Source of the DNA: an uncultured Clostridia bacterium
Lineage (GTDB): Bacteria; Acidobacteriota; Blastocatellia; UBA7656
Direction of reading: 5' to 3'
DNA: 64,000 bases
Assembly (NCBI GenBank): GCA_964468725.1
Contig: CAYXVU010000004.1
Location: 2,137 to 66,136 of the forward strand
Part shown: piece by piece, positions 9,915 through 18,332 of the stretch
Layout of the letters: each line of letters opens with the position of its first letter
How positions within the stretch are numbered: position 1 is the stretch's first letter
Made by a program: the position numbers and the translations under genes
The notes under the pieces: generated by a model
The model's input: only the letters and a program-made list of their open reading frames with translations
The model's database searches: none
Told to the model about the DNA's origin: nothing

Positions 9915-10775
9915 ATGGCAACCGCGATGGAACAGCAGATTACGATCCGCGATATCACCGACGTGGCGGAGATGCAACTGGTCGAAGCGCTGGAAAAAGA
10001 GGTGTGGGGCGTGACGGATTTGGATGTCGTTCCGGTCACGCAACTGGTAGCCGTCAAACATACGGGCGGCGTGTTGATTGGCGCATTCGACAACCGGCGA
10101 CTGATTGGCTTCGCTTATGGGTTTGTCGGCTATGAAAAACAGGTAGTGACGATTCATTCTCACATGCTCGCCGTACAATCGGCTTATCGCAATTCCGACC
10201 TCGGTTATCGGCTGAAGCAGGCGCAACGCGAACGCGCTTTGGCGCAAGGGATCAAGCGAATGACCTGGACTTTCGATCCTCTGCAATCCCTCAATGCCTA
10301 TTTTAATTTTCACAAACTCGGTGTCTTAAGTGACAGTTATCGAGTCGATTTTTATGGTGATGCCAGCACCAGCTTTCTCCATCGCAATAGCACGGATCGG
10401 TTGTGGGTGACCTGGTTACTCGACAGTCGTCGCGTACAGGAACGAGCCAATTCACACGGGCACAAACCTGATTTCGAAATCCAGTCGGAGTCGGTTTTGG
10501 TCAGGGTCGAAGAAGATCTCTCCCCTCAGCAAAATCATCAGCCCGAAGCTTTTTCAGGCACGCGGGCTTTCATTGAAATACCGGGAAACATCCGGCAACT
10601 CGAAGAGCAGAATTTTGAGCTTGCCATACGATGGCGCGAGGCAACTCGTTGGGCATTCACCAGTGCCTTGGCCTCCGGCTTTCTCGTCGAAGACTTTCTC
10701 CGCAGTTCGCCTAACGGACAGCGGATGGGAACCTATGTCCTCACACGCGAGCGCGCTGTTGCCGATTTCGAGTAA
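9915..10775 (+). CDS. GNAT N-acyltransferase of the COG3375 type, related to D-amino-acid N-succinyltransferases
   Basis: HSHMLAV...G+GYRLKQAQRERAL and WTFDPLQSLNAYFNFHKLG...TDRLWVTW, which are characteristic of this GNAT subfamily. Confidence 0.8.
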   Translation: MATAMEQQITIRDITDVAEMQLVEALEKEVWGVTDLDVVPVTQLVAVKHTGGVLIGAFDNRRLIGFAYGFVGYEKQVVTIHSHMLAVQSAYRNSDLGYRLKQAQRERALAQGIKRMTWTFDPLQSLNAYFNFHKLGVLSDSYRVDFYGDASTSFLHRNSTDRLWVTWLLDSRRVQERANSHGHKPDFEIQSESVLVRVEEDLSPQQNHQPEAFSGTRAFIEIPGNIRQLEEQNFELAIRWREATRWAFTSALASGFLVEDFLRSSPNGQRMGTYVLTRERAVADFE

Positions 10776-10812
10776 GCACTCTCAGTCAACCATCAACCGC
10801 ACTAGCAGCAAC

Positions 10813-10856
10813 AGACAGAGAGCAAAGACCAAGGGATCAATCTTCACTCTCTGTCT
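10813..10856. repeat. Inverted repeat, 10-bp arms AGACAGAGAG/CTCTCTGTCT with a 24-nt loop, possible terminator or REP-like element
   Basis: Arms at 10813-10822 and 10847-10856, just after the GNAT stop codon. Confidence 0.4.
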
Positions 10857-10893
10857 CCACTAGCCCTTTTGTCGTTGCAGCCAATGCTTATGC

Positions 10894-10945
10894 GCAACGC
10901 TTGTTGTAGCAAGTCTTGACAGCTTGCAACAAGTGATGTATATAC
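10894..10945 (+). promoter_or_regulatory. Operator-promoter copy 2, upstream of the M19 dipeptidase
   Basis: GCAACGCTTGTTG-N9-TTGACA-17 nt (containing TGCAACAA)-TATATA, with the same spacing as 9809-9860. Confidence 0.72.
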
Positions 10946-11071
10946 CGACCACACAGATGCGCGGCAGAGGGGAAATCACCTGCATCTGATGGCAGTGATC
11001 GCTCATAAGGGTTGCAATCATTCCCACTGGCTTCGTCTTACAGATTCTTGAAGGTTCAAGGAGTTTTCCGT

Positions 11072-12253
11072 ATGGAGCGTCAATCTCATCGGCTGTCAAC
11101 GGAGACCCGCCGCCACTTTCTCAAAAAATCGGCAGCAGCAAGTGCGACGGTGTTGGTCGGGCCTTTTTTCAATCGCGGTTGCTTTCGGCTATTTGCTCAC
11201 ACGGGAATGGAATACTCAGCGCGCGCCATCGAGTTGGTGCAACGCGCGACGGTCATTGACATGCTCAGCGTGCTGACCCTCAATTTCCCCAAGCAAGCGA
11301 AGTGGTTTGCTAATCCTGACACCTTTACACCTGCCGATTTGATGCCCTTCAAAGAGTCAGGTATCAACGTCTTTCACATCGCAGTCGGCACAGGCGGGCC
11401 GGATGTGCATACGGAGACCTTCAAATTCATCTCTTCGTGGAACTCATTCCTTGCCAATCACGACCGTTATTTTATGCGTGTGGATAGCGCAGACGACCTG
11501 AACAGGGTCAAAGCTTCAGGCAAAATCGGCATTCTTCTTGGCGTACAAAATGCCGAGCATTTTCGCAGCCCTGCCGATGTTGATCTCTTCAACAGCCTCG
11601 GTCAAAAAGTTTCGCAATTGACCTATAACGCGCGCAATTTGATCGGCAACGGCTCGACGGAACGACGCGATGACGGCATCAGCGACTTTGGCGCAGCGAT
11701 TATCGCCCGCATGAACCGAGTTGGCATGGCGGTTGATGTTTCACACTGTGGCGACCGCACCACGCTCGACGCTTTCGATATTTCGACGAAACCCGTGTTG
11801 ATTACTCATTCCAACTGCCGCGCACTTGCTCCCGGCCACCCGCGCTGTAAAACCGACGAAGCGATTAAGAAGATGGCCGCACGCGGAGGTGTAATGGGGA
11901 TAACCGGCGTGCGGATGTTCGTGAAGAACGAAGAGCCGACAACCATCGAAGATGCTCTCAATCATTTTGATCACGTAGCCAAACTGGTCGGCGCGGAGCA
12001 TCTTGGCGTTGGCAGTGACATTGACTTGGACGGCTATGATGATATGCCGCCGGAAATCAACCGACAGTTGCGCGCCGGGTACAAAGGAAGTTATGGCTTT
12101 CGTGACAAGATTGACATCGAAGGCATAGATCATCCCAAACGCATGTTCGATCTGACCGAGGGCTTGATTCGTCGCAAATACAGTGACAAAGAGATCGAAG
12201 GCATACTCGGCGGCAATTTCAAACGCGTGCTCGGCGAAATTTGGAGCGTGTGA
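11072..12253 (+). CDS. Tat-exported M19 (renal/membrane dipeptidase family) protein
   Basis: TRRHFLKK leader and M19 motifs QLTYN, DVSH, ITHSN, HPR and GVGSD. AAGGAG RBS before ATG 11072. Confidence 0.88.
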   Translation: MERQSHRLSTETRRHFLKKSAAASATVLVGPFFNRGCFRLFAHTGMEYSARAIELVQRATVIDMLSVLTLNFPKQAKWFANPDTFTPADLMPFKESGINVFHIAVGTGGPDVHTETFKFISSWNSFLANHDRYFMRVDSADDLNRVKASGKIGILLGVQNAEHFRSPADVDLFNSLGQKVSQLTYNARNLIGNGSTERRDDGISDFGAAIIARMNRVGMAVDVSHCGDRTTLDAFDISTKPVLITHSNCRALAPGHPRCKTDEAIKKMAARGGVMGITGVRMFVKNEEPTTIEDALNHFDHVAKLVGAEHLGVGSDIDLDGYDDMPPEINRQLRAGYKGSYGFRDKIDIEGIDHPKRMFDLTEGLIRRKYSDKEIEGILGGNFKRVLGEIWSV

Positions 12254-12343
12254 ATCAATCGCAAAAAAACCAGGAGAATTCCTTAAGTCGCTGATTGAAT
12301 TTGGCTATTTTTCATACCGCAGCACCGCAACAGGCAGGAGATC

Positions 12344-14035
12344 ATGAACCATCGCACAACAAAAAGTCTCGCAATCTCTCTCATCGTTTTGGCCCTACTG
12401 TTGCCCGCCTCGTTAGAGAGCCGCGCGCAGGTTTCATCGAGCAACGGACAAGGGTTAGCGGAACAGATCAACGCCTTGTGTGAAAAGACCTTCAAAGCGG
12501 ATGAGCCGGGAGCAGCGGTGATCGTCGTCAAAGACGGCAAAGTCTTGTTTCGCAGAGGCTATGGCATGGCCAATATGGAGTTGGGCGTGAAGATCGAGCC
12601 CGATATGATCTTTCGCATCGGCTCGGTCACCAAACAATTCACCGCTGTCGCCATTCTGATGCTGATGGAGCAAGGCAAGCTGGCGCTCACCGACGACATC
12701 ACGAAATTTCTACCCGACTATCCGACACAAGGACAAAAAATCACCATCGAACACTTGCTGACTCACACATCGGGAATCGTCAGCTATACGGGGCTGCCGG
12801 AATGGCGACCGCAATGGCGCAAAGATGTGACGATGAACGAACTGATTGCCCTCTTCAAAGATAAACCGATGGAGTTTGCGCCGGGGACGAAGTGGAACTA
12901 CAACAACTCAGCGTTTGTCTTGCTCGGCGTGATCATCGAAAAGATTTCCGGCCTCAGCTACGGCGAGTTTTTAGAAAAGCACATCTTCGCGCCGCTCGGC
13001 ATGAAGACCGCTTCGTATGACAACACGGCGCGCATCGTAGCGCGGCGCGCCGCTGGGTATTCAAGGGGGAAAGAAGGATTTATCAATTGTGATTACCTGA
13101 GCATGAGTTGGCCGCATGCGGCGGGTGCCTTGATGGCTTCGGTTGACGATTTGGCCTTATGGGATGCGGCGCTCTACACCGAGAAGATCATCAAACAAGA
13201 TTCGCTCAAACGCGCCTGGACGCCGTACGTTCTCAACAATGGCAAAAAGACAAAGTACGGTTATGGGTGGGGCATCTTAACCGTCGCCGGACATCGAAGC
13301 GTCGAGCACGGTGGCGGCATCAACGGCTTTACTTGCGATGCGATTCGCTGGCCGGATGATCGTTTGTATATTGCCATTCTGACGAATCGGGATTTAGGAA
13401 CCGGCACCTTGGCTCATCAGGTCGCTGCGCTCGTCACGGGTGCTTCGCTCGCCGACCCGAAACCCATTTCGTTGCCAACCGCCACATTAGACCAATTCGT
13501 TGGCGTCTATGAGAATGCGACAAACGAGCAATTCGTTATCACCCGCAAAGAGAGCCAACTGACATTTCAACATCCGCAATTCGGCGGGCTCGAAATCAAA
13601 CCGGTCTCGGAAACCGAATTCATCTTTCCCATCATTTCCGCAGCCCGGCTCAAATTCACGAAGGATGCGAGCGGAAAAATCACCGGCTTTGCCATGAGCG
13701 CAAGCATTGCACCCGATGAAGAGGCCAAGAAGACTGACAAACCGCTGCCCAAGCCGAAAGAAGCCGCTACGATTGACCCGGCGATTTACGATAACTATGT
13801 CGGCGAATATGAGCTAGCGCCGAATTTCGTTCTGACGATCAGCAAAGAGAATAATAAGTTGATCGGTCAAGCGACGGGGCAATCGAAAATCGAATTGGTC
13901 CCGCAATCAAAGACTCGCTTCAGCGTTGCCGCTGTGGGAGCCGAGATTGAGTTTGTTGTTGATGCGTCGGGCATCGCAACCAGTTTGAACCTTTTTCAAG
14001 GCGGTCGCACGCTACCCGCCAAACGCATCAAGTAG
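12344..14035 (+). CDS. Exported serine hydrolase (class C beta-lactamase / D-aminopeptidase fold) with C-terminal DUF3471-like beta domains
   Basis: Signal peptide, SVTK, YNN and HGGG motifs, and two C-terminal Y(V)GxY repeats. Confidence 0.9.
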   Translation: MNHRTTKSLAISLIVLALLLPASLESRAQVSSSNGQGLAEQINALCEKTFKADEPGAAVIVVKDGKVLFRRGYGMANMELGVKIEPDMIFRIGSVTKQFTAVAILMLMEQGKLALTDDITKFLPDYPTQGQKITIEHLLTHTSGIVSYTGLPEWRPQWRKDVTMNELIALFKDKPMEFAPGTKWNYNNSAFVLLGVIIEKISGLSYGEFLEKHIFAPLGMKTASYDNTARIVARRAAGYSRGKEGFINCDYLSMSWPHAAGALMASVDDLALWDAALYTEKIIKQDSLKRAWTPYVLNNGKKTKYGYGWGILTVAGHRSVEHGGGINGFTCDAIRWPDDRLYIAILTNRDLGTGTLAHQVAALVTGASLADPKPISLPTATLDQFVGVYENATNEQFVITRKESQLTFQHPQFGGLEIKPVSETEFIFPIISAARLKFTKDASGKITGFAMSASIAPDEEAKKTDKPLPKPKEAATIDPAIYDNYVGEYELAPNFVLTISKENNKLIGQATGQSKIELVPQSKTRFSVAAVGAEIEFVVDASGIATSLNLFQGGRTLPAKRIK

Positions 14036-14341
14036 ATGGCTATTGATATTCAGAAAAGTCGCCCTGTCTGGTTTTGCTTGTGCTCTCGGTCTAATAGGGC
14101 GATGCCATCCGTCGTCAGGCAGTGACAGTAAAAAGCTGCAAAAGGCGGTTTATACGGACTCATACGGTAGGGCTTTCATTCAGTTTGGGGATACTGATTT
14201 ACAGTCGCCTTATCGACAAGTCACTTCATCTTTCGTTGCACGCAGACGACTGACAGACGAGGATGGCGCTCCGAGTCTGGCGGTCGCTTCAACCATACAA
14301 AAAATCGGGTGCGTCCCGACACACGAGTAAGGAGGGACTCT

Positions 14342-17300
14342 ATGAAAACCGCTCGCTTCTTGATTTTTCTCTTGATCGTGACATCGCAGCCCGCCGCCGC
14401 ATTTGGACAGACGGCTGCAACGGCTAGAATCTCTGGCGTTGTAACCGATTCGCAAGGCGCGGTTGTAGCCGGAGCTTCCGTCAAACTCATCAACATCGCT
14501 ACCAAACAAGAGAGGGTAGACAAAACCAATGATGAAGGCCGTTATGTCTTCGGCGCAGTTGACCCCGGCAACTATGAAATCTCGGTCACGGCGCAAGGGT
14601 TTCGAACTTCGGTGGTCACCGAAGTCAAAGCCGAAATTACGAAAGCCACCAACGTAGATGTGTCCTTGCAACCCGGTGGCGTCGGTGAACAGGTCACCGT
14701 GACGGCAACCGGCGAGGTGCAATTGCAGCGCGAAGACTCGGCCATCGGCAATGTCATCGAAGAAGACCGCATCACCCGTTTGCCGACTCAGAATCGGCAG
14801 GTCACAGAGCTACTGCGACTCCAACCGCTGACGACGGCCAGCGGTGAAACGGCTGGCTCCCGTTTCGATCAAAACACCTTCACGTTGGATGGCATTGATG
14901 TGACCGACAATGTCGGATTTCGCGGCGGGTTCGCCACCGTTGTCCCGACCCCGACCGAATCGGTCGAAGAGTTTCGCGTAACGGTTGCCAACCCGAATGC
15001 TACGTTTGGGCGCTCTGCCGGAGCACAGGTTACGCTGGTCACCAAACGCGGAACCAATGCTTTTCATGGCTCGGCTTATGAGTATCATCAAAACGATAAT
15101 CTCAGTGCCAATTCATGGACGAATAATCGCATCGGTTTGAAGAAACCGCCGCTCATTGATAATCGCTTCGGATTTTCCGTCGGCGGCCCGATTTGGCCAG
15201 AGAAACTCTTCTTCTTCACCAACTATGAAGGCCGCCGCGTTCCCGGCACCATCGCGGTAACCCGGGTTGTGCCGACCCAGAGCTTTCGAGATGGAATTCT
15301 CCGGTTTCGCGATACGTCGGGAAACATTCTCAATATCAATCCTCGCACCTTCGACCCGCGTAATATCGGCGCGAACCCCGCCGTATTAGCCTACCTGCGG
15401 GCTTTGCCGTTGCCGAATACCTCCGGCTTCGGAGACGGATTGAATACCGGCGGCTTCACCACCAATCTCCCCGCCAATGTGAGATCGGATTATGGTGTGC
15501 TGCGGCTGGATTACCAAATCAATCAGAATTGGTCGTTCGAAGCCAAAGGTTCGCTGTTTCGTAATATCCAATTGGGGCTCGGTCAAGCCGATATCATCAA
15601 TCAGACTTCCGCCGATATGAATTCCGAACGCCCGAAAAATCTTACCTTCGGGTTAACTGGCACGCTGCGCCCCAACTTGGTCAATGAAATCCGCATCGGC
15701 CATGCTTATGACAATTTTGTGTTGGAGAGAAACTCGCCGGTTGGGCGCGGCGGGTTTAACATCGCCGTGAATTTGGCGCCCTCGACAGCCGATTTCAATC
15801 CGGCGTTGGCGCTGCTCGATGAACACGTTGACGTTGACACGCAGCGTGCGCGCGAGCAAACGCTTGGCGGCGGCAGCACACAATTCATTGATAATGCGAC
15901 GTGGTCGCGCGGCTCGCATACCTTTCAATTTGGCGGCAGCCTTCGCCATATCAAAACGTTTCACTATCGCGATGACAAAGTCATCGGCTCGGTGGCCTCT
16001 CCGGTTGCCGACATCGGGGCAGCCAGCGGCGTAGCGGTTCCGGCTTCGCAACGACCTGCCAATCTCAACCCGGCAGACATCACGCGGTACAACCAGTTTT
16101 ACAAAACTCTGCTCGGCATCGTTGACTCCGTCGGTTACTTGGGGGTGCGTGATGCCGATCTGCAACCCTTACCCGTAGGGACGGGGCTGATCAACGATGC
16201 GACGTTGAATCATTGGGAGTTCTATTTCGCAGATGTGTGGAAGATGAAACCCTCGCTCACCCTCTCCTATGGCTTGCAGTATCAATGGCACACGCCGCCG
16301 AAAGACGAACAAGACCGACAAACCGTCTTGGTGTTCAAAGACAGCGGCAAGCTGATCGAAACGCGCGAGTATCTTCGCATGAAGGCGGAGGCCGCCGCGC
16401 AGGGTGACATCTTCAACCCCGATATCGCTTACATTCCGATTAAGGAATTAGGCTCTCAGGACGGTGTGTTCCGCATCAATCGGAAAAACTTCTCACCGCG
16501 CCTGTCGGCAGCATGGGAACCCTCATTCAGCACAGGCTGGTTAGGGAAACTCTTCGGTGAGCGCCGTACGGTGATTCGCGGCGGGTACTCATTGCTCTAT
16601 GATCGCTCGAACACCGTACAGAGCGTCGTCGTGCCGATGCTCGGCGTCGGATTCGCGCAAACTTTAACGCTGCGGCCAACTAATGGAGCAGGGTTGCCGT
16701 TTCGAGCGGGCATTGATGGCAACATTCCGGTGGCTTCCAACTTTGCCGCCACCTCGCCGGTCGTTCCAAACGCACCGTTTGGCGAGATTCTCTCCTTCAC
16801 GGTTGACCCCGGAATCGAAGACCCGTACAACCACGCGATCAATCTGACGATTCAGCGCGAATTGCCGGGACGCTTTTTGCTCGAATTCGGCTACGTCGGA
16901 CGCTTCGCGCGCAACCTCTATCAGAATGTCAACCTCAACTCTGCGCCCATCTTTCACAAAGACAAAGCATCCGGGCAGACCTTCGCGCAAGCATTCGATG
17001 CAATCGCCAGCGCTCTGCGCAATGGCAACACGGTTCGCGCACAGCCCTGGTTTGAAAACCAGTTATTCGCAGGCGCGACCAGTTTCATGGCACAGAATTT
17101 CCCCGGCGATTTCATCGTTGGCAATATCAACAATATGTGGAATACCGGCATTGACTTGCTGCCTTTGCTTGGCCTACCGGCTGCCAATGGTCCGTATAAC
17201 AATTTGCAATCGCTCGATCTCTTCGTGCGAACCAGCCTTGGGAGGTCGAACTACAATGGCCTGATCGTTTCGCTGCACAAGCGCAACTCTTACGGTTTGA

Positions 17301-18055
17301 CCTTTGATTTCAACTACACGTTTGGCAAATCGTTCGATCAGATTGGCCAGATTCAGAACTTCGTCTCCCAATTTTCCAGCAGCTTCGATGGCGATATTGA
17401 TTACGGCCCCTCCGATTTCGATTTCCGCCATCTCATCAATGCCAACGGAGTTTATGACTTGCCGTTTGGTCATGGTCAGCGATTCAGCCTGAACAACTGG
17501 ACGGACAAGCTCATTGGCGGTTGGTATGTTTCGGGGATTTTCCAAGCGTCGAGCGGCGTGCCGCTCACCGTCGTACAAGGATTTCAAGTGTATGGTGCGG
17601 GAGCCATCTTTGGCACAGGCACAGGCGCTATTCCTACGGCTGAACTCCCTGGCGACAACAGCACGCATAGTGGAGTGAAAGGTTCGGGCGGCATCGGAAC
17701 GGCGGGTGACCCGACTACCAATGGATCGGGATTGAACCTATTTGGGAATCCTGAGTCAGTGTTCAAGAGTTTCAGGCCGATCAGCTTGGCAAACGATGGC
17801 CGTCAAGGTCGCGGCGTATTGCGCGGCTTGCCGCGTTGGCAACTCGATCTCTCGGTCGGCAAACGGACAAAGATTTCTGAAACGATGCAATTCACCTTCA
17901 CCGCTGATTTCTTTAACCTCTTCAATCATGTCAACTTCGTTGACCCGACGCTCAATTTGAGTCAGCGCGCCAGCTTCGGCGTGATTACCAATCAGTTGAA
18001 CAATGCGGTCTTTCGCCCGCGCACCATTCAACTGGGCGGCAGATTTCAGTTTTAA
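14342..18055 (+). CDS. TonB-dependent outer-membrane receptor with an N-terminal carboxypeptidase-regulatory-like domain
   Basis: Signal peptide, ISGVVTDSQGAVVAGASV domain, plug motifs LDGIDVTD and FGRSAGAQV..VTKRGTN, and C-terminal IQLGGRFQF. GGAGGG RBS before 14342. Confidence 0.93.
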   Translation: MKTARFLIFLLIVTSQPAAAFGQTAATARISGVVTDSQGAVVAGASVKLINIATKQERVDKTNDEGRYVFGAVDPGNYEISVTAQGFRTSVVTEVKAEITKATNVDVSLQPGGVGEQVTVTATGEVQLQREDSAIGNVIEEDRITRLPTQNRQVTELLRLQPLTTASGETAGSRFDQNTFTLDGIDVTDNVGFRGGFATVVPTPTESVEEFRVTVANPNATFGRSAGAQVTLVTKRGTNAFHGSAYEYHQNDNLSANSWTNNRIGLKKPPLIDNRFGFSVGGPIWPEKLFFFTNYEGRRVPGTIAVTRVVPTQSFRDGILRFRDTSGNILNINPRTFDPRNIGANPAVLAYLRALPLPNTSGFGDGLNTGGFTTNLPANVRSDYGVLRLDYQINQNWSFEAKGSLFRNIQLGLGQADIINQTSADMNSERPKNLTFGLTGTLRPNLVNEIRIGHAYDNFVLERNSPVGRGGFNIAVNLAPSTADFNPALALLDEHVDVDTQRAREQTLGGGSTQFIDNATWSRGSHTFQFGGSLRHIKTFHYRDDKVIGSVASPVADIGAASGVAVPASQRPANLNPADITRYNQFYKTLLGIVDSVGYLGVRDADLQPLPVGTGLINDATLNHWEFYFADVWKMKPSLTLSYGLQYQWHTPPKDEQDRQTVLVFKDSGKLIETREYLRMKAEAAAQGDIFNPDIAYIPIKELGSQDGVFRINRKNFSPRLSAAWEPSFSTGWLGKLFGERRTVIRGGYSLLYDRSNTVQSVVVPMLGVGFAQTLTLRPTNGAGLPFRAGIDGNIPVASNFAATSPVVPNAPFGEILSFTVDPGIEDPYNHAINLTIQRELPGRFLLEFGYVGRFARNLYQNVNLNSAPIFHKDKASGQTFAQAFDAIASALRNGNTVRAQPWFENQLFAGATSFMAQNFPGDFIVGNINNMWNTGIDLLPLLGLPAANGPYNNLQSLDLFVRTSLGRSNYNGLIVSLHKRNSYGLTFDFNYTFGKSFDQIGQIQNFVSQFSSSFDGDIDYGPSDFDFRHLINANGVYDLPFGHGQRFSLNNWTDKLIGGWYVSGIFQASSGVPLTVVQGFQVYGAGAIFGTGTGAIPTAELPGDNSTHSGVKGSGGIGTAGDPTTNGSGLNLFGNPESVFKSFRPISLANDGRQGRGVLRGLPRWQLDLSVGKRTKISETMQFTFTADFFNLFNHVNFVDPTLNLSQRASFGVITNQLNNAVFRPRTIQLGGRFQF

Positions 18056-18066
18056 GCAGATGACCA

Positions 18067-18254
18067 GCCCGCTTCTGCTATTGCGGGAAGCGGGCGTGCA
18101 ACCAAATGTGGGAGCCTGCCTGATCTAAATCGCGTCAGAGAGATTCGTACAGGCAGGCTCTCACGATCTCTCGAACCGGCAAAGCGCGTGAGGCTGATCG
18201 GCTTCACGCCTTTGCACCTTTCGGGCGCGCAGGCGCAAACCCGGGTTTGCGCCT
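18067..18254. repeat. Cluster of four hairpins/palindromes after the TonB receptor (REP-like)
   Basis: GCCCGCTTC/GAAGCGGGC (18067-18095); GTGGGAGCCTGCCTG/CAGGCAGGCTCTCAC (18108-18164, 1 mismatch); GCGTGA/TCACGC (18186-18209); perfect 24-bp palindrome AGGCGCAAACCCGGGTTTGCGCCT (18231-18254). Confidence 0.65.
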
Positions 18255-18332
18255 CTCGTACTAAGTCAGTCTATGGTAGGATGTGCCCGGCCTGAATCGC
18301 TTGAACCGTCTCTATCCTTCTGGAGAAATTGC

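Noticed and set aside
14043-14330. 95-aa ORF in the gap before the TonB receptor
   Set aside because: TTG start, no RBS and no motif; more likely a promoter or leader region.
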